Counted from the first letter of the whole stretch, positions 8,445-18,235 are shown. The stretch is 63,040 nucleotides of DNA, filler included, from Thermodesulfobacteriota bacterium (GCA_036381125.1; 8 parts of 8 records of this genome joined end to end with filler, not necessarily neighbours in it); one strand, 5' to 3'. The notes: a model not told the origin generated them from the sequence alone. A program made the numbers and translations.

Positions 8445-10948
8445 CCATCCACCTCCCGCCACGCCTCCCACGCGCCGTCGAGCCGCCTGGCCTGGTAGCG
8501 GTGGCCCGGGGCGATCGTCCTGGACGGCCCCCCCACCAGCGCAGCGGTCATGGGGCCTTCGCCCTCCATCGCGACCTCGATCCCTCGCGGCTCGCGGGTC
8601 ACCGAGACCGACACCGTTCGCCCGCGCCATCGGGTCACGAACGACAGCCCGTGCCAGGCGGGCAGCAGGTGTGGATCGAAGGCGAGGCCGTCCTCTCCGA
8701 GGCGCAGCCCGGCGACCCCCAGGACCGCGGCCTGCCAGAGGCCGCCGAGCGCGCCGATGTGCACGCCGCCCGCGGCGCTGCCCATCCTGTCCGCGAGGTC
8801 GATCTCCGCCGTCTGGCGGAAGTACCGCTCGGCGAGGGCGGTGTCGCCGAGGCGGGCGGCGGCCAGCGCGTGGAAGGCGGAGCTGAGGGAGCTGCCGTGC
8901 GCGGTGCGGGGCTCGTAGTAGCGGAAGTTCGCCTCGTGCACCTCGCGCGGGAAGCAGTCCCGGAGGAGGACGCCGAGTGCGACCACGTCCGCCTGCTTGA
9001 TGACCCTGGACCGCCGGGTCCGCTCCCGCCCGAGGCAGACGTCGATCGGCACGGCACACGGGCCGTGGGCGGCGAGGTCGACGTCCTCGAGATCGAAGAA
9101 CCCGCGGAACTGCTCGAAGAGGCCGGTCCCCGGGTCGAAGCCGGTCTCGATCGCCGCGGCGACGTGCCGCCACGCCTCCGGCTCTTCCGGCGAGAGGCCG
9201 AGCCGCTCCGCCAGAGCCCGCCAGCGCTCGGGCCAGCGGTCGGCGACCAGCCGCGCGGCGTCGGCGCCGCGCTCCAGGTTCCACCGGGCCATGAGGTTCG
9301 TGTAGGCGTTGTCGTCGACGCACTCGTGGTACTCGTCGGGTCCGATGACGCACCGGAAGTGGTAGCGGCCGTCCGGCTCGAGGCGACCACGGCTGGCCCA
9401 GAAGCGGGCCGTCTCGAGCAGGATCTCGGCGCCGGCGTCGAGGAGGAACCGGTCGTCGCCGGTGGCGCGCCAGTAGTGCCAGACGGCGTAGGCGACGTCG
9501 GCGCTGACGTGGTGCTCCTGCTCTCCGGTCAGGATCGGGACGATCTGGCCGTCGGGCGCGACCGCCGAGGAGGGGGTCACGTCCTCGCCGGTGTCCGCGG
9601 ACTCCCAGGCGTAGAGGGCTCCCCGGTAGCCGAGGGCGCTCGCCTTCGCCCGGGCGGCGGGCAGCGTGTGATAGCGGTACATGAGGAGGGCGCGCGCGGC
9701 CGGGGGGTCGGTCAGCGTATAGAAGGGGAGCAGGTAGATCTCGGTGTCCCAGAAGACGTGGCCCTTGTAGGCCTCGCCGGTGAGGGCCCGGGCGCCGATC
9801 GACACGCCCTCGTCCTCGGGGTTCGCGGCGCTGATCAGGTGGTAGGCCGCGAAGCGGAGCGCGCGCTGGTCCGGCTCGTCGCCCGCCACCCGGACGTCGG
9901 CCACGGACCAGCGGGCGCTCCAGGCGGTCACGTGCGCGTCGACAGCCCGCTCGATGCCGTCGTCCCGCGCGCGCGCGAGGTGCCGGGCGGCCGCCCCGGC
10001 CGGGTTCTCGTCGTCCCGCGAGGTGTAGACGATGGCGAGCCGGGTAAGGAGGGCGGTCTCGCCGATCCCGGCATACCAGGTCCAGCGCTCGACGACCCCC
10101 CGCGGGCCAGGTTCGCGCGCCCGCTCGACCCGCTCGCCCCGCCCGGTCCGCATCTCGCCGCCGAGGGCGACGGCGACGACCACCCCGCGGCTCGTGGTCC
10201 GCAGCAGTACGTCGGGCGCGCCATCGCCGGAGGCGGCCCGCTCGACCGTCCCGCCGCCGGGGTCCGCGGGCCACTGGAGGCGGCTCTCGATGTGCACCGT
10301 GTCGCTGTAGTTCTCCGGCGTGATCAGGACGGACTGGGCGAGCAGGTGGCGATCGGCAAGGGAGGCGAGGCGCAGGAAGCGCAGGTGCGTCACCCGACCG
10401 GTGGGGTCCCTCTGGCGCCACTCGCGCCAGAGGATCGCCTGCCGCAGGTCGAGCACCCGGCGGTGCTCGACGATCTCCCCCGCCTCGAGCGTGAGCCGTA
10501 GCCCGCCGACGACGAGCGCGAGGTGCGTCCAGTCGGGCAGCCGGACGAGCGTCGGTCCGGCGCCGGCGTCCGGGCCGACGTCGAACACGCCGGCCACGAA
10601 GGTGGCCGGCCACGAGAGGCTGCACCCCTCGGCCAGGGAGCCACGGGTGCCGACGTAGCCGTTGGCGACGGTGAAGAGCGACTCGATCTCGTGCTCGCGC
10701 GGGAGGGCGAAGCCCTCCTCGACGAGCCGCCAGGCGGGGTCCGCGGTCGGGGCGCCCGGGAGATCGAGCGCGGCAATGGCCGCCGCGGTCGAGGTCGAGC
10801 GTCGCGTCGAGTGTTCGGACAAGGCTGTCCTCGGCGAAGTTTCGAGCGCCTGCGACGCGCGTGCCGCCGGATGGGCAGTCTCCTCGCCGCGTTGGCGCAT
10901 CTCTCGCCCGAAGGCGACGGGAGAGTCCTTCGTGCCGGAAGTCCTCAT
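8441..10948 (-). CDS. Glycoside hydrolase family 65 (kojibiose/trehalose/maltose phosphorylase-like)
   Basis: ESLFTVANGYVGTRG, YKGHVFWDTE, GPDEYHE, KQADV, HGSSLS; start codon uncertain. Confidence 0.9.
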   Translation of the reverse strand: MRTSGTKDSPVAFGREMRQRGEETAHPAARASQALETSPRTALSEHSTRRSTSTAAAIAALDLPGAPTADPAWRLVEEGFALPREHEIESLFTVANGYVGTRGSLAEGCSLSWPATFVAGVFDVGPDAGAGPTLVRLPDWTHLALVVGGLRLTLEAGEIVEHRRVLDLRQAILWREWRQRDPTGRVTHLRFLRLASLADRHLLAQSVLITPENYSDTVHIESRLQWPADPGGGTVERAASGDGAPDVLLRTTSRGVVVAVALGGEMRTGRGERVERAREPGPRGVVERWTWYAGIGETALLTRLAIVYTSRDDENPAGAAARHLARARDDGIERAVDAHVTAWSARWSVADVRVAGDEPDQRALRFAAYHLISAANPEDEGVSIGARALTGEAYKGHVFWDTEIYLLPFYTLTDPPAARALLMYRYHTLPAARAKASALGYRGALYAWESADTGEDVTPSSAVAPDGQIVPILTGEQEHHVSADVAYAVWHYWRATGDDRFLLDAGAEILLETARFWASRGRLEPDGRYHFRCVIGPDEYHECVDDNAYTNLMARWNLERGADAARLVADRWPERWRALAERLGLSPEEPEAWRHVAAAIETGFDPGTGLFEQFRGFFDLEDVDLAAHGPCAVPIDVCLGRERTRRSRVIKQADVVALGVLLRDCFPREVHEANFRYYEPRTAHGSSLSSAFHALAAARLGDTALAERYFRQTAEIDLADRMGSAAGGVHIGALGGLWQAAVLGVAGLRLGEDGLAFDPHLLPAWHGLSFVTRWRGRTVSVSVTREPRGIEVAMEGEGPMTAALVGGPSRTIAPGHRYQARRLDGAWEAWREVDG

Positions 10949-11130
10949 GGCCCTGGCCTCGCGCTTCTTTCCCCCGTTCGAGGAGGACACCGGTAGCGAG
11001 CTGGTCATCGACGGCGGGTACACGGTACGTGAGTACGCACCGTGCGGCGTGGACGGGCCAGGTGGGACATCGGCGTCTCACTCCGGTTCCTGCGGGCCCC
11101 GCCAACCCGGCGTTTTCCCGGGGGCTCGGC

Positions 11131-11147
11131 CTGGCCTCTCCCTTGCA
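11131..11147 (+). promoter_or_regulatory. Sigma54 (-24/-12) promoter
   Basis: CTGGCCTCTCCCTTGCA with GG-N10-GC spacing; 12 nt before the GTG at 11160. Confidence 0.65.
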
Positions 11148-11159
11148 ACCGCTCCGCGC

Positions 11160-11480
11160 GTGACCGGGACGCGCCTGATAGTCGCGCTGCTCGCGCTCGT
11201 GGTGGCCGTCGGCCAGCTTGCCTGTGCCGTTCACCCCGACGGCGAAACCGCGTACCGGACCGCCTCCGGGCCGGGTGTCGCACTCGCGTCGGCACACGAG
11301 GGGCCGGACTGCGACGCGCAGCCGGCGTCCACGCTGGTCTCGCGGCAGATGCCAGACCTTGCGGTCGTTGCCGGCGCGGCCCTCCACCGAGGGCGGCTGG
11401 TACTCCACGACCCCGACGGGCCCCTGCCGTCTCGCGCCGACACGCCAGCCCCCGGTATTCCCTCGCCGCTTCGACTCTAG
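11160..11480 (+). CDS. Small exported or membrane-anchored leader-type protein (DUF2946-like)
   Basis: Hydrophobic N-terminus ending LAC, ASAH, CD, Pro-rich C-terminus PSPLRL; same architecture as 3980-4270. Confidence 0.6.
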   Translation: MTGTRLIVALLALVVAVGQLACAVHPDGETAYRTASGPGVALASAHEGPDCDAQPASTLVSRQMPDLAVVAGAALHRGRLVLHDPDGPLPSRADTPAPGIPSPLRL

Positions 11481-11601
11481 ACCTCCTCCGATCGTACCGT
11501 GACGCCCGGGTGCCGGCTGGATCCGCACCGGCAACGATGCAGGACCACGTCAGTGGACGCGCGCCGCCCGGCGGCGGCGATCCACGTCGAGAGGTGCACT
11601 C

Positions 11602-11896
11602 ATGAAGAAGCGAGTTGTCTCGTTCGTCGCCGCCGTCGCCGCGCTGGCGTCGCTCGCGAACCCGGGTGGGTCCCGTGCCGCGGAGAGCGCAACCCGGACG
11701 AGCAGTGTGGGCCCGGTAACCGTCGCCGTGACGCCGCTGCCGCCCGCGGCCCCCGGCGAGCCGCTCAGGCTGAAGGTCGTCCTCGACACGCACTCGGTGG
11801 ACCTCGACGGCGTCGCCTTCGAGCGCGCCGTGGCGGTTCGGTCGGCCGGCGGTGAGCCCGTGGCCTCGCCGCAGGTCGAATCGACGAAGGGGAGCG
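11602..11896 (+). CDS. Secreted conserved hypothetical protein (partial, cut by contig end)
   Basis: GAGGT RBS, signal peptide, LDTHSVDL motif. Confidence 0.7.
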
Positions 11897-11996
11897 NNNN
11901 NNNNNNNNNNNNNNNNNNNNNNNNNNNNNNNNNNNNNNNNTTAATTAATTAANNNNNNNNNNNNNNNNNNNNNNNNNNNNNNNNNNNNNNNNNNNN
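11897..11996. other. Artificial contig spacer
   Basis: 44 N + TTAATTAATTAA + 44 N. Identical spacers lie at 28028-28127, 32736-32835, 37907-38006, 40684-40783, 48432-48531 and 55764-55863. Confidence 0.98.
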
Positions 11997-11997
11997 C

Positions 11998-13281
11998 GTC
12001 ATCGTCGCGGGCGCGCGCGAGCCGCTCGGGATCGGGCGGATCACGCTGGAGTACACGAGGCTCGTCGGCGGGACGCCCGAGGCGAGCGTGATCGCCGGCG
12101 GCCTCAAGACCTCGGCGCCGAACGCCGCCTACGCGAACGGCACCATGTGCCACGCGCTCGACTTCGACAACACCTGGTGGCCGCTCAACCATCCGACCTC
12201 GCCGTCGCTGCCGGCGGTCCTCGCCGTGGCCGAGCGCAACCGGCTCTCGGGCCGCGACGCGATCCTCGCCCTCGTGCTCGCGTTCGAGGTCCAGGGGCGG
12301 CTGCGCGTCGCGTCGGCCGGCGTCGAGGCCGGGTCGGGCTTCCACAAGCCGGGCGTCTCCGGCACCATGGGCGCCGTGACGGCCGCCGGCAAGCTGCTCG
12401 GGCTCGACGCCGAGCGCTTCTGCATGGCCTTCGGCATCGCGGGCTCCCGCTGCGGGTCGCTCTCGGCCAACACCGGCACCATGACCAAGTCGACCCACAG
12501 CGGGCACGCCGCGCGAATGGGGGTGGAGGCGGCGCTGCTGGCGAGCCTCGGCTACACGGCCTGCGAGGACGTGTTCGGCAAGGGCCAGTTCTTCGACCTC
12601 TTCTACGGCCCGGGAACCTACGACATCTCGCTCTTCCTGAAGGACTTCGGCCGTCCCTACCGGATGATCTCGCCCGGCGTCGGGTTCAAGAAGCACCCGT
12701 CCAACTACTTCACGCACCGGCCCATCGACGCGGCGCTCGAGCTCAGGCAGGCGCACCGGCTCGCGCCCGAGGACATCGAGCAGGTCGTCGTCGACTTCCC
12801 GCGCTTCGACTACGTGAACCGCCCGCGGCCGAAGACCGGCCTCGACGGCAAGTTCAGCGTCCAGTACGCGACCACGATCGCGCTGCTCGACGGGCGGATC
12901 ACGGTCGAGAGCTTCGCCGACGCCCGCCGGTTCGCGCCCGACGTCGAGGCGCTCCTCCCCCGCGTCCGGCTCGACGTACGCGACGACATCCCGCGCGACT
13001 TCAACGAGACCTGGGCCGCGGTGCGCGTCCACACGCGGGACGGCCGGGTGCTCGAGGCCCGGTGCGACAAGCCGCGCGGCCTCTGGGGCGTCCCCCTCTC
13101 CCGCGAGGAGCGGCTCGCCAAGTTCCGCGACTGCGTCGCGCCGGCGCTCCCCGCCGAGCGGGTCGAGGAGGTGATCGGCCTGGTCGACCGCCTCGCCGAG
13201 CTCGACCACATCGGCCGGCTGATGGACGTGTTGCGCGAGGCGGACCCTCGGCCGGCCGCCGCGACGAGGGCGTCGGCATGA
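11998..13281 (+). CDS. MmgE/PrpD family protein (5'-partial)
   Basis: ANGTMCHALDFD, HPTSPSLPA, GTMTKSTHSG, FKKHPS, GKFSVQY. Confidence 0.9.
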   Translation, partial: VIVAGAREPLGIGRITLEYTRLVGGTPEASVIAGGLKTSAPNAAYANGTMCHALDFDNTWWPLNHPTSPSLPAVLAVAERNRLSGRDAILALVLAFEVQGRLRVASAGVEAGSGFHKPGVSGTMGAVTAAGKLLGLDAERFCMAFGIAGSRCGSLSANTGTMTKSTHSGHAARMGVEAALLASLGYTACEDVFGKGQFFDLFYGPGTYDISLFLKDFGRPYRMISPGVGFKKHPSNYFTHRPIDAALELRQAHRLAPEDIEQVVVDFPRFDYVNRPRPKTGLDGKFSVQYATTIALLDGRITVESFADARRFAPDVEALLPRVRLDVRDDIPRDFNETWAAVRVHTRDGRVLEARCDKPRGLWGVPLSREERLAKFRDCVAPALPAERVEEVIGLVDRLAELDHIGRLMDVLREADPRPAAATRASA

Positions 13282-14564
13282 ACGGCGCGGGGCCCTGGCA
13301 CAGCCCGGGACGGTGGCTGGTGAACCCGTCCTACTGGGAGCCGGAAGCGCTGGCCGGGCGGGCGGGCATGCCGTCCGAGATCCGCTTCATCGACTGCACG
13401 CTCAGCGAGGGGGACGACTGCGTCGGCCACCAGCTCAACTGGAACACCCGCCTCGCGCTGCTCGAGCGTCTGGACGGCATCGGCCTCGGCGAGATCACCA
13501 TGCCGAGCCACGTGACCTTCGGCGAGGAGCGGGACATCGTCCGCGCCTACCGGCGGCTCGGCCTCAAGACGCGGATCGTCGCCAAGGGCCCGGGCGTCGT
13601 CCCCCCGCTGCGGGGCGACTGGCGGGAGAAGATCGACCGGCACGTCGACCTGGGGTGCGACGTCATCAGCCCGATCTTCAAGTGGCCGTTCGAGGACACC
13701 GTCTCGGACTTCGCCGGCGCCCTCTCGAAGCAGGCGGTCGTCGACGCCATCGGCGAGAGCGTCGCGTACATGAAGTCGAAGGGGGTGCGCGTCGTGCCCT
13801 GGATCGTCGACGCCATGCGCACCCGGGTCGACACCGCCTGCCGGTTCTTCAAGGCGATGGCGGAGGCCGGCGCCGACGGCGTGTACGTCGTCGACAGCCG
13901 CGGCAACAGCGTCCCCCTGGCGACGCGGCTCTTCGTTCGCCGGGTGCGCGAGGCGGTGGGCCCGCGCTGCGACATCTACGTCCAGCACCACAACGACCTC
14001 GGCGTCGCGACCGCCAACGCGCTCGCGGCGGTCGAGGGCGGCGCCACCTGGATCGACTGCTCGGTGCTCGGGATCGGCGACCGCGGCGGCTGCGTGGCGC
14101 TCGAGGAGGCGGCCCCGCTGTTCGAGATGTACGGCATCCGCACCGGGATCAGGCTGTCGGCGCTCTACGACCTCTGCCGCTTCGTCCAGGGGATCTACGG
14201 GGTCGCCCTCCCCCCCTGGAAGCCGATCGCCGGCGAGAACTGGAACAAGGAGGAAGGGGCCGGCCACCTCGAGGGCTCCGACGCCGCGGAGGCGACGATC
14301 GGCCTCAACCCGGCGGTCGTCGGCCGCGAGTTCGAGGGGGTCATCGGCTCGAAGCTCCTCTTCGGCCGCGAGCGCAGCAGCGCGCCGACCGACGACCCCG
14401 TGTTCCTGCGCGAGCTGCTCCGCCGCTGGGGCCTCGAGTGCTCCGAGGCCCAGTTCCAGACCATCGTCCTGCGCACCCGGGCGGCCGTCGCGACCTCGCC
14501 GGGGCGGCATTACGTCACCCTGGACGAGTTCCGCGCGATCTGCGACGGGGTGCTCGCGACGTAG
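13278..14564 (+). CDS. DRE-TIM (homocitrate/isopropylmalate synthase, HMGL-like) protein with an atypical active-site motif
   Basis: IDCTLSEGDD, VDSRG, QHHNDLGVATANALAAVEGGA, GIGDRGG, PPWKPIAGE; ATGA coupling to the PrpD-like gene. Confidence 0.75.
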   Translation: MNGAGPWHSPGRWLVNPSYWEPEALAGRAGMPSEIRFIDCTLSEGDDCVGHQLNWNTRLALLERLDGIGLGEITMPSHVTFGEERDIVRAYRRLGLKTRIVAKGPGVVPPLRGDWREKIDRHVDLGCDVISPIFKWPFEDTVSDFAGALSKQAVVDAIGESVAYMKSKGVRVVPWIVDAMRTRVDTACRFFKAMAEAGADGVYVVDSRGNSVPLATRLFVRRVREAVGPRCDIYVQHHNDLGVATANALAAVEGGATWIDCSVLGIGDRGGCVALEEAAPLFEMYGIRTGIRLSALYDLCRFVQGIYGVALPPWKPIAGENWNKEEGAGHLEGSDAAEATIGLNPAVVGREFEGVIGSKLLFGRERSSAPTDDPVFLRELLRRWGLECSEAQFQTIVLRTRAAVATSPGRHYVTLDEFRAICDGVLAT

Positions 14565-14617
14565 ACGAGCGAGCCGGCACCGGGGCCGGACGTCTCGCCA
14601 TCCACCGAGGGGACGCC

Positions 14618-15619
14618 ATGAGCATGAGCAGACGACTTCGACGCGCGGCGGCGCTCGCCGCCGGGCTGGTCCTGATGATCGGGCTCGCGGCCGGGCCGGC
14701 CGGCGCCGACACCTGGCCGACGCGGCCGATCACGATCCTCGTCGCCTTCAACGCGGGCGGCAGCGTCGACCGCATGGCCCGAGGGCTCGCGCCCTACCTG
14801 TCGGCCGAGCTCGGCAAGCCGGTCACGGTCGTGAACCGGCCGGGCGCGGGCGGCCAGGCCGGCACCACGTGGTTCCTCGCCCAGCCGGACGACGGCCACA
14901 CGCTGATGATCTCGCCGGCCACCCCCTACCTCGCCACGAACATCCTGATCACCGGCGCGAAGTACACGCTCGACGACTTCGCGTTCGTGAACGCGCAGTG
15001 GATCGACTACGCCTTCCTCGCGGTGCCGAAGGACCGGCCGTACCGATCGCTGAAGGACCTGGTCGACGCGATCCGGGCGAACCCCGGCAAGGTGTCGACC
15101 GGCGTGACCTTCGGCTCCGCGGGCCACGTCAGCACCCTGGTGCTGCTCGAGGCGCTGGGGCTGCCGCACGACGCGGTCCGCATCGTCACGTTCGACGGCG
15201 GGGGGCCGCTGCGCACGGCGCTGGCCGGCGGACACGTCGACTTCTCGATCCAGCAGGCCGAGGGGGCCGACACCATCAAGGACTTCGTCCGCCCGCTCGC
15301 CGTCCTCCTCGACGAGCGGACGCCCGACTGGGATGCCCCGCCGATCAACGAGGCGCTCGCGCCCTACGGCGTCACCGTGCCGATCGTGAGCGGCTCGGTG
15401 CGGGCGCTCGTCGCCCCGGCCGGCTTCAAGGCGAAGCACCCGCAGAGCTTCCAGAAGCTCGTCGACGCCTACAGGAAGGTGCTCCAGAACCAGGAGTTCC
15501 AGGCGTGGCTCAGGTCGAACGCGATCGACGGCGCGTGGCACGGCCCGGAGCGGACGACCGAGATCATCAGGGCCAACTTCGACGTGCTCCGGAAGTACCG
15601 GCACCTGCTGAAGGACTGA
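14618..15619 (+). CDS. Tripartite tricarboxylate transporter substrate-binding protein (Bug/TctC)
   Basis: Signal peptide; WPTRPITILVAFNAGGSVD, NRPGAGG, DGHTL, ALAGGHVD. Confidence 0.9.
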   Translation: MSMSRRLRRAAALAAGLVLMIGLAAGPAGADTWPTRPITILVAFNAGGSVDRMARGLAPYLSAELGKPVTVVNRPGAGGQAGTTWFLAQPDDGHTLMISPATPYLATNILITGAKYTLDDFAFVNAQWIDYAFLAVPKDRPYRSLKDLVDAIRANPGKVSTGVTFGSAGHVSTLVLLEALGLPHDAVRIVTFDGGGPLRTALAGGHVDFSIQQAEGADTIKDFVRPLAVLLDERTPDWDAPPINEALAPYGVTVPIVSGSVRALVAPAGFKAKHPQSFQKLVDAYRKVLQNQEFQAWLRSNAIDGAWHGPERTTEIIRANFDVLRKYRHLLKD

Positions 15620-15620
15620 G

Positions 15621-15646
15621 CCGGGCCGCGAGCGACCGCGGCCCGG
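15621..15646 (+). terminator. GC-rich hairpin after the TctC gene
   Basis: CCGGGCCGCG-agcgac-CGCGGCCCGG, a perfect 10-bp stem without a U-tract. Confidence 0.4.
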
Positions 15647-16083
15647 TGCCCCGGCACTCGAGCTGGAGCCCCGCGCCGGCGGTCCCGGTCTTCTCGTGGA
15701 GGAGCTGCCCGCAGGGGCCGGCGCCGCCACCGGCGCCCCTCGACCGCCCCGAGCCGCTCGGCCGCCTCGACGCTCGGCTCCTCGCGCTTCACCCCGGCGT
15801 GTTCGGCAGGAACCCGTCGTCGTTCGCGATCGCAACAGCGGGCGACGCGGGCTGAAACGGCCCGCATCGCCCGCCGCCACAGGCCGTCCTGCGGCGGATC
15901 GGCCGGCGTCCGCCGACAACGCCTCGATTCCAGGCCCCTTTCTCGGGCGCGTCCCGACCGCCGCGGCGCGGAACCGGGCCCGGTCCGCGTCGTGCAGGGC
16001 GACCGGCATCGATGCCGGACCGACCGTCGCGCGTCGACGGCAGACCAGCGGGCGGATCCGCGGGGTCCGGGCGAGGGCCGATC

Positions 16084-16690
16084 GTGGACGACGTGACACG
16101 ACTCCTCACGAGCTACGGGGCGCCGGTCTTCTTCGCGGGTGTCCTCGTCGATCAGCTCGGCGCGCCGCTGCCCGGGCTCCTCTTGCTCCTCGCCGCGGGC
16201 GTGCTCGGGGAGGCCGGGCTGCTGCATCCGGCCGGCGCGTTCGGGCTGGCGGTCGCCGCCGCGGTGCTGGCGGACCTCCTCTGGTTCGAGGTCGGCCGCC
16301 GCTACGGGCTGCGGGTGCTCGCGCTCGTCTGCCGCGTCTCGCCCGAGCCGGACGGGTGCCTCGGCGGCACGCGAGCGCTCTTCGGCCGGCACGGGCTCCG
16401 CTCCCTCCTCGTCGCGCGCTTCGTCCCGGTGCTCGGCATCGCGATCGCCCCTCTGGCCGGCAGCCTCGGCGCGGATCGCATCCGCTTCCTCCTGTACGAC
16501 GGCGCGGGGGCGCTCCTCTGGGCCGGCGGGTACATCGGGCTCGGCTACGTCTTCGCCGATCGGCTCGAGGCGCTCGCGGCCTCCGCGAGCCGCGCCGGGG
16601 CGGCGCTCGCCGCGGCGAGCGCCGGCGCGCTGGCGGCGTACGCTGTCTACGCCCGGCTCCGGCGTCGGGCGCGCCGCGCCCCGAGGCGGG
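16084..16690 (+). CDS. DedA/VTT family membrane protein, probably C-terminally truncated
   Basis: QLGAPLPG, ADLLWFEVGRRYG, LLVARFVP, FLLYDGAGALLW; similarity ends near 16680 and the frame stays open to 17085. Confidence 0.65.
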
Positions 16691-16812
16691 GCACCGAGCC
16701 GCCGCGCGGCCCGGCCGATGCGCCCGCGCTCCCGGCGGGCCCCGGCTCGGCACGGCCCGCGGCGCTGCTCGCTCTCCGACCGACCCGGCCGCACGTCCAC
16801 CACGGCGCAATG

Positions 16813-16829
16813 TTGGCCGGCCCGTTGCA
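16813..16829 (+). promoter_or_regulatory. Sigma54 (-24/-12) promoter
   Basis: TTGGCCGGCCCGTTGCA with GG-N10-GC spacing, about 40 nt upstream of the ATG at 16869. Confidence 0.6.
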
Positions 16830-16868
16830 CGCCCGGGCAGCGGGGCACGAACAATCGGAGGTGCGTCC

Positions 16869-17543
16869 ATGTCACGGATGCCGCCCGATGCACCGACCGG
16901 CGCCGAGGTTCGCATCCCGTCCGGAGCGGTACGGCTCGAGGGCAGCCTGGAGATCCCCGGCGGCGCCGAGGGGATCGTCCTCTTCGCGCACGGCAGCGGC
17001 AGCAGCCGACACTCGCCGCGCAACCGGCGAGTCGCCGCCGCGCTCCGGGACGCGGGGATCGCCACGCTCCTGTTCGACCTGTTGACGGAGCGGGAGGCGA
17101 GCGACCGCGCGAACGTCTTCGACCTCGGCCTGCTCGCGCGCCGGCTGGCCGACGCGACGGCCTGGGTCCGTGCCCGGCAGGCCACCTCCCACCTGCCGGT
17201 CGGCTATTTCGGCGCGAGCACGGGCGCGGCGGCGGCGCTGATCGCCGCCGCGGACGACGCGGGCGTGGCCGCCGTCGTCTCGCGCGGCGGCCGCCCGGAC
17301 CTCGCCGACGCCGTCCTCCACCGGGTCACCGCCCCGACGCTCCTCATCGTCGGCGGGGAGGACGTGCCCGTGCTCGACTGGAACCGGCTGGCGTACGAGC
17401 GGCTCACCGGGGACAAGGCGCTCGAGATCGTCCCGGGCGCGGGGCACCTCTTCGAGGAGCCCGGCGCGCTCGAGCGCGTGACCGAACTCGCGACGCGCTG
17501 GTTCACGCGCCACCTGACGCGCCGGCGCCTGCTGGGCGAGTAG
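16869..17543 (+). CDS. Alpha/beta hydrolase (PRTase-associated, dienelactone hydrolase-like)
   Basis: FAHGSGSSRHSPRN, GYFGASTG, SRGGRPDL, HLFEEPG; GGAGGT RBS. Confidence 0.88.
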   Translation: MSRMPPDAPTGAEVRIPSGAVRLEGSLEIPGGAEGIVLFAHGSGSSRHSPRNRRVAAALRDAGIATLLFDLLTEREASDRANVFDLGLLARRLADATAWVRARQATSHLPVGYFGASTGAAAALIAAADDAGVAAVVSRGGRPDLADAVLHRVTAPTLLIVGGEDVPVLDWNRLAYERLTGDKALEIVPGAGHLFEEPGALERVTELATRWFTRHLTRRRLLGE

Positions 17544-17545
17544 CG

Positions 17546-18235
17546 ATGGCCGGTCCGGCCCGCCGGTTCCGCGACCGCGAGGACGCCGGCCGGCAGCTTG
17601 CCGCGAGGCTCGCGCACTACCGCGACCAGGACCCGGTCGTCCTGGCGCTGCCGCGCGGCGGCGTCCCGGTCGCGGCGCCGGTCGCCGCCGCGCTCGACGC
17701 CCCGCTCGACATCGTCGTCGTGCGCAAGATCGGCGCGCCCGACCAGCCGGAGCTGGGCCTGGGCGCCCTCGTGGACGGCGACGACCCGCAGGCGCTCCTC
17801 AACGCCGACCTCGTCGAGCGGCTCGGCGTGTCGCGCGAGTACCTCGACGAGGAGGTCGCGCGGCAGCTCGCCGAGGCGCGCCGCCGCGAGGCGCGCTACC
17901 GGGGCGGGCGGGCCCGGATCCCACTGGCGGGGCGCACGGCGATCGTCGTCGACGACGGGATCGCGACCGGCAGCTCCGTCCGGGCGGCGCTGCGGAGCCT
18001 GCGCCGGTCGAGGCCGGCGCGGCTCGTGCTGGCCGTCCCGGTCGCCCCGGCCGACACGGTCGGGGCGCTGCGCGACGAGGTGGACGACCTCGTCTGCCTC
18101 GCAACCCCCTCCCCCTTCCTCGCCGTCGGGTACCACTACGAGGACTTCACCCAGCCGGACGACGAGACGGTGATCTCGATCCTCGCCCGCGCCCGGGCCC
18201 GCTCGGAGGCCGGGCCGCGCCCGGACCGGCCCTAG
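17546..18235 (+). CDS. Phosphoribosyltransferase family protein
   Basis: FRDREDAG, LALPRGG, VRKIGAP, IVVDDGIATGS PRPP-binding motif. Confidence 0.9.
   Translation: MAGPARRFRDREDAGRQLAARLAHYRDQDPVVLALPRGGVPVAAPVAAALDAPLDIVVVRKIGAPDQPELGLGALVDGDDPQALLNADLVERLGVSREYLDEEVARQLAEARRREARYRGGRARIPLAGRTAIVVDDGIATGSSVRAALRSLRRSRPARLVLAVPVAPADTVGALRDEVDDLVCLATPSPFLAVGYHYEDFTQPDDETVISILARARARSEAGPRPDRP

Noticed and set aside
11897-11996. TTAATTAATTAA palindrome repeated seven times within N runs
   Set aside because: Artificial linker with stops in all six frames; adjacency across these spacers has no biological meaning.
15650-16080. Possible gene remnant between tctC and dedA
   Set aside because: No frame gave a motif I could identify.
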